NCBI GenBank assembly: GCA_963693365.1
Contig: CAVNZM010000009.1
Location: forward strand, 4,661,146 to 4,725,145
Length of the DNA stretch: 64,000 bases
Direction of reading: 5' to 3'
Source of the DNA: Amoebidium appalachense
Lineage: Eukaryota > Protista > Ichthyosporea
In this document: positions 42,487-61,195 of the stretch, in pieces
Position numbering within the stretch: position 1 is the first letter of the stretch
Layout of the letters: every line of letters starts with the position of its first letter
Notes under the pieces: generated by a model
Databases searched by the model: none
Seen by the model: the letters and a program-made list of their open reading frames with translations, nothing else
Told to the model about the DNA's origin: nothing
Program-made: the position numbers and the translations under genes

Positions 42487-44345
42487 TTATCTATACGGCT
42501 TCATACTTACTAACTGACCTTCGGGGTTCTTCTCCCAATACCTTCGAGATGCCTTCCAAAATGACATAATTCGAAAAAGCAAAGAAAAAGACCCCCCCCC
42601 CCCCCCCAACACACGCACACACGCGCGCGCGCACACACACACAAAAAAGGGTGTTAGGGGGGGGGGGGGGGGGGGGGGGGGGGCAAAATTCACACAGACA
42701 TTCTTCTCGACAGCAGCATCCTCTGCACCGACCACCTTCTCATACCCGAACTCGAACTGGTGGCATTTTTCGGCGGCGTTTCAGATTGGCCGCTTTCCGG
42801 GGGGGGTCGCACACTCCTCCTCTGAAATTTTCACGTTGCCAACCGTCATATTCGGGTCACGCTTCCTCCTAGCCGACCTCCGCTTCTCCAAGTTTGCAAT
42901 GACAGATCCCCCGAATTTCGTGGGTGTAGATGCCAGTGTTGGCGCTGACGTCCCCAGGATGTTTGCATCTGCGTCTTTTTGTCTTCGTTTTTCCATATTT
43001 GCGAATAGAGCACCCCCGAATTTGGTGGGAGTAGATGACAACGTTGGTGCCGAGGTTCCGAGGATATTTATGTCTGCGTCGGAGGAGGGTGGTTCGTGTG
43101 CCTGTGAAATTTGTATCCCCTGAGATCTTTTGTGGTGAATAAACGACGTGGGTACCGGTGCAGAAGTGGACATCCAACCCACCGACGAGATACTTTTGGG
43201 AGAAGAAATGAAATTTGGGGTCACGTTGGGGTTTAGGAGGTGTGCGGCCAGGCGAGTGTTGTTTCTGTTTGATGGAAAACCCGCTGCCTTTGAAAGATGC
43301 CTGCAAAAGACGAACAACCTCGTTAATTGGCAGATTTTGCTTACAGCCCTTAGCAAGTTTGGCAGTGAGAGAGGTAGAGTATGTGTGCGCACAAGCACAC
43401 GTGTTTATGGTATCGGTGGTTTGGGAGGGCGGGGGGGGGGGGGGGGGGGGGGGGGGGGATTGCAAGAAGTGAGCGACAAAAAAAAGCAAAACTTTGGCAA
43501 TATGTTCCGGAACAGCAGCTCAACCATACATCTCCCCTCTCTCTGACTCTTTTCTGCTGCTCCGCTGCTAATTTTCTTCGTCCCTTCAGTGATGACATTT
43601 CTGGCATAGTCCTTGTTGCATAGTCCTTGTTTTATGGGGGGGGAGGGGATGAGCACGAGTACATGTGCGGACAGGGTTCGCTATATTTTTGTGTGCCAAA
43701 AGCTGGGCACCATATCTGAGGGTTAGCTCCCTTTCAGTGTCTGCGTCGTTGGTGCCGCTGAGTTCGGATGGGCAAAGCCCAGTTGAGCAAACGGTGGGTA
43801 AAAAGGAGAGAGAGAAAACAACATATACAGAGGGAGGTATAAACTAAAACATGAAATGTTAGAAACAACATTCTGTAAGGTTGAGGAAAGAACGCAGAAA
43901 AGGGTCAGTCGATCCCTCCTCAGGAACCATTCAACGACATGGATATTTTACAGGGCAAGGGCCGCACCACCCACCTGTGCATGTCGGCCACCAAATCCTC
44001 AATGATGTCCTCATTCACCGTGAAGTGCGCCGACCGCCACCAGGTCACATACAGGGCGCAGTATTTTTGCAACAGCCGTGAGTCCGTCCTCTTTGCCAAC
44101 CCCAGATACTTGCCCAGTTTCTTCGGAGCATGCACTTCGCCATTGATAAAACTAAGAACCTTTTCCGTGCTGACCCCGTACGGTGCGCGCAGTTGTAGCA
44201 TAACGGAGAGATATGTTACTATTTGCAGTTCGCGGAAGTCTACCAGTAGTAGGTTTGTGTCTTCCGTATGGATTGAAGGGCGGGCGGACCGTTCGGAAAC
44301 GGAGCCTAGCCCGGACCAGCCGGAATCTACGACCCCTAGAACCAT
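42487..44345 (-). CDS. hypothetical multi-exon protein with a tandem 35-aa repeat (exon structure only partly resolved)
   Basis: Coding-like exons 43975-44345, ~43662-43757 and ~42700-43300. The repeat DADxNILGTSAPTLxSTPTKFGGxxxANxEKRR occurs twice and differs mainly at synonymous sites. Confidence 0.6.
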
Positions 44346-45875
44346 GTTGAACTTCCGGGCAGGAAAGTGATGGCAAGATGTGAAATGAAGACTGTGAGTT
44401 CAAGTGACTCTGAAGTAGCTAGATAGCAGGAGAGCAAGCTGCCACACAGCGAAGGCCGGATATTTGATCTGGTATAATTCTGGAGTATTCAGTAAGCACC
44501 TCAGACGGTCACGTACACACTCTTTTTTTGTTTTAACTGTGCCGAGTTGTGGAAAGACAGAAAACGGGCTTTGCTACTCAATGCTAATTCAGACGACTGG
44601 TGGTAATTTACTTTTGGTTGCTGGCTGGCAGTCACGTACGTCGAAAAGGCTGAGTGAGGAAATAAGACTTTTGCACAATCAAAAAGGATCCCTACCACGC
44701 TTACTTCGCACACACTACTAATGCGTGGGGGACAGATGTGATTGCAATATTGTAGAATCTATGAGCAATGAACATGAACTCGAAATGAAAGCATACCGGA
44801 ATGACTATGGTCAATAGTGAAGGAAGCGTGCTGTGTGCTAATGGTACAACGTAAGTATTAGTGGGTCTTATGCTGTTGACTTTCGCTCCCACGTAGGCGT
44901 ATAAAGGTGAAACAAGGTTGCATCATATGCATGCATGCACACAGTGAATATGTGGTATCGATGGCGTCCTGTGTGCACTGGTCGCGAATGGTGCGCGAAG
45001 GTGAGCCAAAATGGCGCGAGTCAGCCTGAATCTGATGCCTTTTTGGAACTGGTCCGCGTACAAGATTAAATATTTTAATGTAAATAAAAGTGACATTACT
45101 GATTACAGTATATATACACAGATACAAAGGATATGGAGTACCGTGTACCATAAATGGTTCTCAATTATACTAAATATTTTTTCAATTTTTCTGTGCTTCT
45201 ATACCTATACCTAGTTCATGCATTTCGCGGACTCTTATTCCTCTGGGGACGACTGGAGTGGAGAGTCTTGTATCCGTCACGGTATTGATCTGCATCATCT
45301 GCTTTTGTCACGCACGCACCTATTGGATGCAACGGACGGTGAATCCCTTGTCTGACAATAACACAATCAGAAAGGATAACTTGGTACCAAATTAGGTCTT
45401 GTGAGTACTGGTGACGTTGGTTGTCGTCAGTGCGTCACCCTACGAGATCTAAGCTGTGACTCGCAATAACGCCAGATGCCATAACTCAAGGTATATACAG
45501 TATGCATATCAGCTGTATGATACAGAGCTATCTAGCAGAAATTGAACTCGGTTATTGTGCATATATAAAAAGAAAACTGCAACAATATGCTACAAAGCAC
45601 TAATTTCAGCCGCTGTAGCCGACGAATTCCGATTGGCTAAGAGTAAGGTCAGAAGATAGCCAACATGATACGCAAATGTTGTTACAACAATACATGATGT
45701 TCAAGTTGTGTGCGAATGACCAGCCTAAATGGAAAGTTTTTAAACTATGTGTGGTTTACTATCGACATACATATGAAAAACATAATTGCTGAGGATTTTT
45801 TACCCTGTTAGGACCATTGGTTGCGAAGTTAGTCGTCAGCTCGCGATGCAGGACACCAGTAGGAGTAGTGCTCAC

Positions 45876-46048
45876 GGGGGTTTAGGCTGTTTACTCGAGG
45901 CAAAGAGAGACCAGTCTCAGGTATGCTCGGAATATCCCCTGAGCGGTATATCATGATCCAGATGTCGGGTGATGACTATATATCAGGGTTTACTTTCTCT
46001 ATGAAACACCATAAAGAGTAAGAGAAATCAATTAGTTGGGGTTCCCCG
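45876..46048 (+). repeat. ~180-bp dispersed repeat, copy 2
   Basis: Direct repeat of 27253-27445. Confidence 0.9.
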
Positions 46049-47224
46049 TTTTTCTTTTCTTTTCTTTTCTTTCTTTTTTTTTTTTTTTTGCTCACTGCCA
46101 CGGTCACATGACATTCCGATGGGTGCTGTTACATCCAATCCAATTCTTGATAAATCACTGACAAATGCAAGTGATGTTCGGCCTAAAGCCTAGAAAGTCG
46201 TGCGAAGAATACTATGAAAATGACGTGAATTCTAAGTTTCAAACTAAAACTAAACTATACTAGACGGCCTTTTGTTGTGCAATGAAGGTTAACCGTTTTC
46301 ACTTAGAGATCACTTGCACTTAGAGGGACTGCGGAGCTGTCTGCACACCCCACGCCAGTATACTCTTGCTTGAATCATGAAAACCAACAGCGGAACAAGC
46401 ATACACGACTCTCTTACCTTGGTCTGCTAATGCTTGAGTTTCCCCACCCCGAGGAGTTCCCTATTTTTTCTCTCTCCCTCGACACCTTGCCTTAAAATGT
46501 TCGTGAAGCTTCATGTTATAAGAATCACGCTTTTCCCTTGCTAATATAGGCAGAGATCGCTGCCCTAGTACAACCATCGGGCGCTTGCAAAAAAGCGAAC
46601 AGATTCAACCTCCTCAAGTCACCTCAAGCACCCAATAATGTAGCACCATACTCATCGCCTCAACAACCACTTCCCAAAGACCTCAAACATGGAACTCCAG
46701 CAAGCGAACCAGCCCATGGTAGCAGTGGGTAAGTTTGGAATTTATAGTCTCTTGTACCTTTTTCGGGTTCCCTTTGGTTCAACTGTGACGGTGTTCGTGG
46801 TTGTGGCGTCTTTCTTTGCGCTATAAGTCTCCCATACCAATGCAGCACATGCGTGCAAGGGCATTTCTACTCGGTTCGCAGACAGAAGCTCACAGCAATA
46901 GGCTGCAAGGATCTTGGTGTTGAGTCGACCCCCAAAGTCTTTCACTGCCCTGCTGCGTGCCTAGCCTCCTTTTCGTTTCTTTCACGCACACACGAGGCTC
47001 ATCATCCCGCCTTGCTCTTTCCTTTTGTACCATTGCTTCCGGCTGCCTACTAAGTGCAGGAAACGAAGTGCTTGCCTGTGGTATTTCCAACTGTATTTTA
47101 AACATTGTGTTGTGCACGCAAGGAAAACCGTTGCCCTGTGCAAGATCTTGGCATTTTCCACGTTACATTCGCTCTTTGTGTTTCCCATGTAGATGATGGA
47201 GATCTATTTGAATGTCTTGCCCCC

Positions 47225-47257
<33 letters not shown>

Positions 47258-48769
47258 ACACACACACACCCCCACCCCTCCCACTTCTGCTATCAACTCC
47301 CCTACCCTCTTTGCGCCCCCCCCCCACCCTCTCTTTTATATATAAACTTCTCCTTAGAGACTTTCTGTGCCACCACCTTGCCAGGCAGCAGCTTCTCTGC
47401 CGCCAATCAGTGCCCTATCTCACTACAAGTTCCTCTCGTTTGCACCCCCTGCTCTGAGACTTTCAAGCAGCCATCACACCATTTTTTCTCTCAAAATATC
47501 GAAGTCAGTTACGTATTTATCGCCACCGCCTCCCCCTTTTATAGAGCAAACATTCCACGAGCATGTTGCGCAACGGCATAGTCACCACCTTCCCCCTTTC
47601 TTTGGTCTTTCTCCTTCCTTCTGGTTGGGGGCATTATTGTTTCTGTCCCGCATGTGAAACCAAGAGATTCATGATGCTCTCGATGTGATGTGGTGCTGCG
47701 TGACGGCAAATGGTGGATAATGGGCAAGGAAGGAGCAGGAAGGTGTTTTTGGTGGAGTTGCTTTTGTTGCTGTTGTTGTTGTCTGTGTGTGTGTGTGTGT
47801 GTGTGTGAAAGGGGGTGTGAGGGAAGGAGAGGAATAGAGAGAGAAAGAGATAGAGAGAGGGGTCGTGAGGTGTGTGTGTGCGTGTGTGTGTGCACGTGCA
47901 CGTGTCTGCATAGAGGTGGTGGTGGTGGTGGTGGTTGGTGGGGGTAAGAGGGGGGCGAGAGAGGGGTGGGGGGGGGGAGGGGGGACTGAGGGAACGAGGT
48001 TCTCCCAGATTAACGGAATGTTTGGGTGGTCATTGGGAGCTTGAGCACAAAAAGGTCATGTGTTTACGGTGGCACACTTCAACACGTTTACGTCATGACT
48101 GTTTGTGTGCAAGTAACATTATTTGGATGGCTTGTATATTTGACTGCTTTGCATCCCCCCCCCCCCCCCCCCCCCCCCTCTCTCTCTCTCTCCCCCCCCC
48201 CCCCCCCCCCCGACACTGATGCTCAGGACGGCTAGCAACACACTTAGAACCCATAGTGTTCAGTTTCACATGTCTTGTTACACACACGGAATACATGCTG
48301 CTGTTCTCTGCTCACGAGTGTGAATCCCTCCTCCATGCCCCCCCCCTCCCCCCCCCCCCTTTCCCCAGGTGCCCCTCCTCTTCTTCATAGGAGTATACAT
48401 CCCGTCCTCCCACCCCATCCCCCACTTCACTCCTCCCTCAAGGGGGACAAAAAAAGAAAAGAAATCAGAAGGCTGAAAGAGTTACAGTAGCGAGATATGA
48501 AGTGATATACTAACGAGGGCACACCCACGCACACGCAGCTTTCTAACCCCTTTCTCCGTTTCTTCTTTAACACAAACCCATTACGCATCCGTTACGTGGC
48601 TTGCCCACACACACGCACACATGCACACACACACACACACACTAGGGAGGCACGGGATAGCGCGCACCCCCCCCACACACAACGCGCACGCACACGCGCA
48701 CATGCGTGGGCGTGCACACACACACACAAACAAACAAATGCACGCGCGCGCGCGCGCACACACACATAC

Positions 48770-48802
<33 letters not shown>

Positions 48803-48819
48803 TACACACACACACACAG

Positions 48820-50091
48820 CCCGGCCTCCTCACTTCCCGCCATCGGGCCCCTTTGCACGCCTCCCACCTAAGCTAGTTAAACACATTGACTCCTTCCTTT
48901 ATCCCAAAGATGCCCGTGCTCTTGCAAGCACCTCCCGTTTTTTCCGCGACTACCCCTTCATCGGCTGCAATGTCTCCATCGAACTCGGGCATTATTACGA
49001 ATTGGGCTATGGCCTAAGGTCCTCGTGGCATGCCACAAGGACAGCTGGCTACGCCTAAGCACGGCAAAGGAGACCACGACGATTGTGTTTCGTCATGCCG
49101 ATGGATTACACGACATACCCGACGGCTACCCCCATATGATCAATGAGGCAACCCCGGTGCCTGCACACAAGCGGCTCAAGACAAAGGTGCTCATTCTCGA
49201 GTTCCCGGAATTCATGTCGAGTGAATATTTGGGTGAAGTCACGTCAATCGTAAGGGGGCTAGTTGACGGGCCCTCGTTGCATACCCTCCGGTTGGTATTC
49301 ACGAAGGACACAGAGATTGGCCGCCTTTCCACAAATGACCCCACCGATGATTTCATCAGCAACATCCTTTGCATCTGCAACAACGTGTCATCTCTGACGG
49401 TGAGAGGGTGTGAACCACTCAGATCCTTTTTGCATAAGGCACAACTGCGCGGCGTGAGGTTGGATGCTATCACACACCTCAGCTACTCGTCGGGCCACGT
49501 TCATTATAGTAGGGAGGTTGAGGACATTTGCAAGCAAGTGCAACTGTGCACAAACCTGAGGAGTCTAGAGGTGCGTGGGGGTGGGGGGGTGGGGGGTGGT
49601 TTGTGTGTGGTAAGGTGTGTGTGTGGTATGGTGTGTGTGTGTGTGCGCGCGCGCGCGTGTGTGCGTGTGTGTGTGCGTGTGTGCGCGTGTTTTTGTGTAT
49701 GTGTATGTTTTTATGTGTGTGTATGCACACGTGTGCATGTGTGTGTGTGTGTGAGCGTGCGTTCGTGTGCATGTGCGTGTATCGTGGTGGTTTGGAAATG
49801 GGGTGTGATTGGTTGTGAATGTGGTTGGGTGAGTGTTGTGGGTGTTGGTGTGGGGTTGTGTTTGTGGATTGGCCCCTCGGAATAGGTGTCTGTGGGTGTG
49901 GATGGATTGACTATGCAAATATGGGAATAGTTGTGTGGGTGTTGGTGGTTGTGGGTGCGGTGGTGGTATTTGTGGTTGTGTGGTGATTGTGGATGGGTGG
50001 ATGGGCATGGGGGTGCGCGAGTGTGTGGGTGGGTGAGAAAGGGTGCGGGTGGTTGGGTGGTTTGATGCGGTTGGGTCGATGGGTGGGTGGG

Positions 50092-50167
<76 letters not shown>

Positions 50168-51490
50168 CCGTGCATATGTGGGTGCGAATATGCGGGTTAA
50201 TGTGTGTGTGTTTTTTGGTGGGTGCACGGGTGGGTGCATCCCTGATGCCCACATGTTCTTGGATGCATGCCTGGCAGGCAGGGAGGGGAAACGGAATTGA
50301 GGGAATACATCAGCATTAATGCATTGTTGTGATTATGAGTCATTGTGAAGTTGCTTTTCACACACATGGATATGGGTGCAGGTTTCCCCATGGAATTCCA
50401 ACAAAATGTTTGACCTTGCGGAGCTTCTCCCCAACATTAGCCCAAAACTCAAAAGGCTCAAGGTGAACCTCGGCAGTTCCACCCGCACCCGTCTGCCGGC
50501 AGGCAACCTCAGCCACCTGTACGTGCTCGCTAAAGCCATCACACAGGGCGCAGCTGCTGACATTGCGCGGATGATCAGCCTGGAGACCCTGTGGGTGGTG
50601 TGCGTGCGTGCACGTGTGTGTGTGCCATTTGTGCGTGTAGATTGTGTGTTTCGTGTTATTGTTTGGCTGTGTTTGGGCGTAGAATGCACACGTGCTTGTG
50701 TGGTTGGCTGCATGTGCGTTCGGTTGCAGGTTATAATCGTATGGCCAGCCTTTGTCACCCTCTCTACCTTTTCTTCTTTATCTCCCCCCCCTCCCCCCCT
50801 CCCCCCCCCCCCCCCCCCCCAAGCAGGCACGCATCCACGCACCCACTAACCCACCAACCCACCTAGCGTTCGGCGCTCACCCCCGTCCGTCCCCCCCCCC
50901 CCCCCCCCCCCCCCCTCCTTTTCCTCCTCCTCCCCTGCCCAAAAATACAAACAAACCAAAAATCGCAGGGCACTACCGGGCTTCAACATGTGTACTTGTG
51001 TGATCCTCGTCTGGACGTATCCTACCTGCCAGCCAACCGCAACCTTTCCGTTCTTGCGCTTGTAACCCACCCTGTGACGGGTCTTGAGTCCCTTCTCCCC
51101 CAACCCGGGCAGGTGGCCTGGTGCCGGCACCTGAAGCGGGTAAAGATGTGTGGCCGTCTGGCCGATGACGAAATCGGGCAAGGTCTTGCCTTCCTGGCGC
51201 ATGCCCCCTGCCTGCGCAAGCTAGTGCTAGTCGGTAGTACCACCTCAGAGTTTATCGCTGCCCTGCCCATCCTCTCCGCCGTGCAGGACCTAGCCATAGG
51301 GTGGTTCAAAAGCCCCGACAACTTGCTGCAGCCCTTATGCAGCCGATTCCCCTCCATCAGGTCTCTGCGCGTGGGAATTTCCAGCGACACTGACACGAAG
51401 AAGCGCCTCTTTGGTGGCGTAGCCCGTGTGCCCACCCTCACACACCTGACCATCGTCCAGCCTTATGATGGAAAACCCACGGACATCGAG
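48820..51490 (+). CDS. F-box/LRR-like protein (exons 48820-49570, 50382-~50594, 50969-51490; both ends unresolved; one frameshift near 49015)
   Basis: F-box motif FARLPPKLVKHIDSFLYPKDARALASTSRFFR, then LxxLxL repeats (SLHTLRLVF, NLRSLEV, KLKRLKV, CLRKLVL, SIRSLRV, TLTHLTI). Confidence 0.75.
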
Positions 51491-51535
51491 GTGTGTGGCC
51501 GTGTGTTTGTGTCAATGCTTTTTTTTTTTTTTTTT

Positions 51536-51576
<41 letters not shown>

Positions 51577-53688
51577 AGGGTGGGGAAGAGAAAGGTGAAT
51601 TCTGGGTACTGTGTGGTGCATATGGGTGTTCTGTCCAACGCCTGTGGGTGTGATGGCATGTAGGTGTCAGTGGAGGCGGGGGGATGTGTGGATGGATGTG
51701 TAGGTGTGTATGTGGGTGGGTTTGGGTGGATGTAAGTGTGTCCCAGATGTGTGTCTGTGCTTGTAACTGCACGTGTCTGGACCCAACGCATAATATGTGA
51801 AGCCCTGTGTGTGTGTGCGTGTGTGTGTGTGTGTGTGTGTGCGTATCTGTGTGTTTGTGTCTGTGTGTGTGTTTGTGTATGTGTGTGTGTGTGTGTGTGT
51901 GTGTTTGTGTATGTGTGTGTGTGTGCTCCCGCCGCATGTGTGTGTGTGTGTAAAAGTGTGCATGTGTGTCCGTGCTTGCACACGCACCTTGGACGCATGT
52001 GCTCATGCCTGAGACCCATTGCCATCTCTAATGTCACAGGTGATGCTCTCTCTTTGCTCCACTCCAACAGTTACTCCCCCTCTCCTCCCCCCCCCCCCCC
52101 TCCCCCTCCCCCTCCCCTCCCCCCTCCTCCCTCTGGCTGGGTACCATCCGCACCGTCATCTTCGAGCCCGTCCCAAACCCCCCCCCCCCCCCCCCCCTCC
52201 CCCCCCCTCCCCCCCCCCTTGCCGGCACCCAATCCCAACACCCTTGCTCTAAGCTCCAAAGAATCATGGCAGTGCCGGACAAAAATGGATAGATTGCATG
52301 TGGGTTGCTGCGTATGTGCGCCAATGTGAATGTTCAGCTAAAGCGTCTTCAGGTGTGTGTGTGTTGAGGGGAGAGGGGGGGGGGGGGGGGGGGGGGGGGG
52401 TCTGGTTCAAATTTTTTGTTTGCAGGACCTCGAGAGTGTGGACACTGGGAGAGTGACGGTCAAGTTCGTCTATAAATAGTGGGCCATGTAACGTCCATTA
52501 TATGACAACATGACCTGATGTGTGTTTGCTATAATCCTTTTGGTTCTGTTTCGTTTCCAGTCAGATATGATAATCATTGTATCGTACGTCATTATTGCTC
52601 TAATGTGCATAATGGTCAGATACACTCATGATCTGGTAGAAGGTAGGAGCATGCGTGAATGTGCCCGTGCACACTATCGGATGTGCATTCCAATGAATGA
52701 CTGATCGGAGGGAGTGTCATTGTGATATGCACTGCCATAATGCAACTAATAGCAACAGTTGATGTTGATGTGAATGAGTGAATGACACCTTGTATTACGT
52801 AAGGAGCTCCCGTTATATATATAGCCGTAATCATTTTTTTTCAGCCATTGCTATCATGTACAGGCTGCGCCTGATGCTCCATAAATAAGGTAAATGTACC
52901 CGGTGATGTAACTTCGGATGACTATGTAATAATTATGTATGTTATTGTACAGTTACTAATAGGCACGTAGATAAATATACTCGCCTGTAAAAATATTGGT
53001 TTTTTGTGCCGCAACCGTTGGTTTTTTATTACTATTATTTCTTGAATGCGGCCGAGCTGGTCTCTGGCACGTAGAATCAATTTAAAACCTTGCTTGACAA
53101 TTTCTTTCGCATTTTTATTTTTTGGCAGACGATGACAGTGATGCCGCTTCTGCACTGAGTCACAAAGAGGGTGGTTGAGGACCCTTGAATAATACAAGTT
53201 CTACTGTTATAACATAATTGTGCACGTTGACAGCAAAGGTTCCAATGAAAATGGGCACCGTCAGGTCCGATCATGCACGTACGGCAATAATCCAGTGTGT
53301 ACGTAGTTGCGCAGTGCATGAGGAAATACTTCGATGATCATGCAATATATCCCCCCCCTCCCCCCCTCCCCCCTCCCCTCCCCCGGGCTTTTTTTTTTTT
53401 TGTCTTCGAATTTCCTTTTCGTCGGTTTAGTAACATGTCATGTAAATAAATCAGGCTATACATAGATATGGGCCCATTAAATTGTGTGGCCACTGAGCAC
53501 ATACGAAGGTAGGAACCGCCGTATGTATGTGTACATAAATGTGCATCTATACATACACAGTACTGTGCGCCGGCAGCTGCGGAAGCATGTGTGTGCACAC
53601 GTGCGCGCATGTGGGTGTGTATCCCAGTGTGTGGGTGTGTGTGTGTGCGCTCGCCCATGTGAGTGTTTATGTGCGCGCATGACTTACG

Positions 53689-53721
<33 letters not shown>

Positions 53722-54139
53722 CGCGCGAAAAAAAGCAACCAATCAAGTGTCAGAAATCCACATCACGAATCATCACCTCATAAAGTAACACACACACATA
53801 AACACACAACGTCTAGCAATTACGGATACAGCTCCCCCCCTTTATTTTTGGTTCCAAAAAAGGGGCTGGGAAGATGCAAACAAAAAAAAAAAAAAAAAAA
53901 AAAAAGGTAGATGTTGACGTCACCGCGGTGTGTATGGGGGGAATCCATCTGAAAATGCCGAGGCTTGGCTGCAAACCCATGTCCCTCATCTGAAGGACAA
54001 AATATTGCTTTGGTGAGTGAACGAGTCTGAGAGAGAGGGAGGGAGAGCAGAGAAAGAAACCGAGTTTGACGTGTCTGTGTGCCTATGTGTGTGTGTGTGT
54101 GTGTGCTTCTTCTTCTTCTTCTTCTTCTTCTTCTTTTTC

Positions 54140-54270
<131 letters not shown>

Positions 54271-54415
54271 GAGGGGGGGGGGGGGGGGTTGAATGCGTCA
54301 AAAAGTACGCGGGGGGGGGGGGGGGGGGGGGGGGAGAATGTGTTACAGAGTGTTATGTTACCGATTACAAAGTCCGCATTCATGGGGAGCAGGGGCGAAG
54401 GGGAAGGGGGAAGGG

Positions 54416-54818
54416 GGGTTTGAATGCGGAACACGGTACGAAGTACGCATACACGACGAGAAGCATGGTGCAGGACACATGCAAAGGCACACATTCAAGT
54501 ATGCAACATCAGCCATGTGCACAGTATGCGTCATAAGCAGAGCCCATCCTCAAAGAGGACCCAAGTCATCAATTGCGTCTGAGTTTCGACCCCTTAGCCC
54601 GCGTATATACGACGCTCCAACTCAGACAGCAGCATCAACTGAACTTGGGTGGGTCAACCCGTCTTGATCAAAGACGAGCAGGGTTGCTTATGCAAGCAAG
54701 GTGAGCAAAACGGTGAAGATGTGTGTGCAAACTAATGCAGTGCAGCGAAAAATGTGTATGTGCTTACAGATGCACGACACAGATCAACCATGCCCGGTTG
54801 CATGGAAAGTAAAGCGGT
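54416..54818 (+). mobile_element. ~400-bp dispersed repeat, copy B
   Basis: Near-identical to 8225-8626 and bounded by G tracts on both sides. Confidence 0.85.
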
Positions 54819-54851
<33 letters not shown>

Positions 54852-55112
54852 GGGGAGAGGGTACCCTGAGCAATCGGGTCCATATATGTGGTCTCGTGAT
54901 CTGTCCTTTTCTCCTGTCCTCAAGGTGCGCTAAGCGTGCTTCGGGGAAGGGGGGGGGGGGGGGGGGGGGGGGGGGAGGAGGTAGGGAGGGGGGGAGGAGA
55001 TGTGTGTCTGCACTACAGGGTGGAAGACACGGAAGCAAAGTCCAGAGACAAAGAAAAACCAAATTCCAAGCTGAAACGCAAACCACAGCTCAAAATGGTG
55101 TGTGTGCGAGTT

Positions 55113-55260
55113 GAGTGAGTGAGTGAGTGAGTGAGTGAGTGAGTGAGTGAGTGAGTGAGTGAGTGAGTGAGTGAGTGAGTGAGTGAGTGAGTGAGTGAGT
55201 GAGTGAGTGAGTGAGTGAGTGAGTGAGTGAGTGAGTGAGTGAGTGAGTGAGTGAGTGAGT
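55113..55260. repeat. (GAGT)n microsatellite
   Basis: Direct reading. Confidence 0.97.
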
Positions 55261-55325
55261 GTGTTTGTGCACGTGTGCGTACCTGTGTGTATGTGTGTGT
55301 GTGTATTTGCATGGTGAGTGTGAGT

Positions 55326-55372
<47 letters not shown>

Positions 55373-55413
55373 CATGCACGCGCGTGTATATGTGTGTGTG
55401 TTTGTGTTTTTGT

Positions 55414-55459
<46 letters not shown>

Positions 55460-55548
55460 GTGTCAGTGTGTGTTTGTGTGGTAGTGGCGGTGACGGGTGG
55501 TGAAGGGGGAGGAGGGGAGAGAGGAGTGGGGGGGGGGGAGAGAGGTAC

Positions 55549-59198
<3,650 letters not shown>

Positions 59199-60251
59199 CC
59201 TTCGGGCACTGCTTCGTGACAGCATGTTGGTCGTGAGCTGTCAACACTCGTAGTCGGCCCAGGCCGTGTAACTTTGAATTGATGTCAGGGGCACTAAATT
59301 ATGTGAGCAACACGACGTTACTCTAGTTGCACCGGAAAACACACACACACACGCTGCTCGCACGCGCGCGTTTCTAGAGCTGATCGGTGCCACAAAAGTA
59401 TGCCTACCAAGCTCGTAAACGAGGTGAACCCCTATGCCAAGCTAGCATGCGTACAAAGTTGTACGTGTTTGTGCCATACATAGTGCTTTGTGACAAGCTA
59501 ATGGTCACACGGTAGTTTGGCGCTAGAAGTAAACTGAGTACAGTGTGCGTCCGCGTGCAAGATTGTCCTCTAACAAGATTGCGTTGGCGCCGGGGGGTCA
59601 GAGTATACATATATTTAACAGTAATGGCTCCCTCTAAAACCGTAATTTCAGCATTATACGCCGGCTTTACAGCTGTTCTCCGTTTTCATTGTACCACGCA
59701 GGTTCGAGTCCGGCTCGTGCCTCCGTTTTTTTTTTTTTTTTTTTTTTTTCCCCCTTCCCCTCCTTCTCAGCAAACACCCCCAGCCAGAATCATCAGCGGG
59801 GCCAAAGCTGGGGACTATCCCCTCGCCCCCGCCCCCCCCCCCCCCACCCCCTCCCGGGGCCCCCCTCCTCCCAGCCAGCCCCCTCCCCCCTCCTCCCCTC
59901 CCCCCTTCCCACCCACTTGGGCCACAGCGGCATGGGCACAGTGAACTAGTTAGTCCCCCCCCCCCCCCCCCCCCCCCCCCCGGGGCCAAGATGGCAAGGA
60001 CGGCCAAAACTTGAACTTCTGATTAAAAAAAGGATTCCGTCTCCACCCCCAAAAAGTGTAGAATCTTCAGCGCGGACGCAAACTGTTGCGCAGTCGAGAG
60101 TTGTCACGTACACTGGCCACCGTGACTGTATCATGAGTACGTATCCTTTGGAAGTAGGGTCATATATTAATTATTTTATAATTCAATTTGTTGGGAACCA
60201 TAGCCTCATGTTTTGACGTCGACATTCCGGATCCTCGTGCGGGGCGGGGCA

Positions 60252-60290
<39 letters not shown>

Positions 60291-60740
60291 TTATGCGGCA
60301 GGGGGGAGGGGGGGAGGAGGGGGGCCACGGGGGGGGGGGGAGGGGGGGGGAGGGGAGGGGAGAAAGGGGGGGATATCGATGTTCTTAACAATCCGGGGCC
60401 ACCAGGGTTGGTACACGTGTAGGGTCTATAAAAACTGCGCTGTTTATTTGAAAAAAACAGTAACATGTTTATTTAATAACCTTAAAAGCAATATTAGTCA
60501 GGGCTTGTACAACGTCGCCTCCCTAGGCTCCTCCCCCCCCTCCCCCCCCCTCCCCTCCCCCCCCCCCCCCCCCCGGCGCCCTCTCCCCCCCTCCTCTCTC
60601 CGCGCCATCATAGGGGCATGAGGGACGACTTTAGTAGACTGTAATAGGCACAAGGAAAGCAACCGTAAGGCTTTTTGAACAGACTTAAACACAGGGCCCG
60701 GGGCACAGGGGGGAGGTGGTGGTGGTGGTGGTGGGTGGGT

Positions 60741-60798
<58 letters not shown>

Positions 60799-61085
60799 GG
60801 GGTTTGGGATGACGAAGGAACATGTACAGTTCAATGAACAATGACGAGGGATCCCCCCCCCCCCCCCCCCCCCCCCTCCTTCCCCTCAGTGGCACCCACC
60901 CACTTATCGAATGCAAGAGTATAGTATGCACATATGCACTGCTAGGATAAGTTGGTTTAGTTCAAAGTTTATTTGTATAATAATTAGTTACCACTACGGT
61001 CTCTCAGAAACTCTGTGTAATAAATTAGCAGTTGTGTGTGTGCGTGTGTGCGCGGTTTTCTTTTTTTTGTGTGCGTGAAACTGTG

Positions 61086-61195
<110 letters not shown>

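Noticed and set aside
46650-47600. Degenerate coding-like minus-strand stretches
   Set aside because: Interrupted by stops, no motif recognised, no consistent exon chain.
52920-53345. IIEVFPH-containing fragment reminiscent of glycosyltransferase family 61
   Set aside because: A single short motif among several stops is too weak to call.
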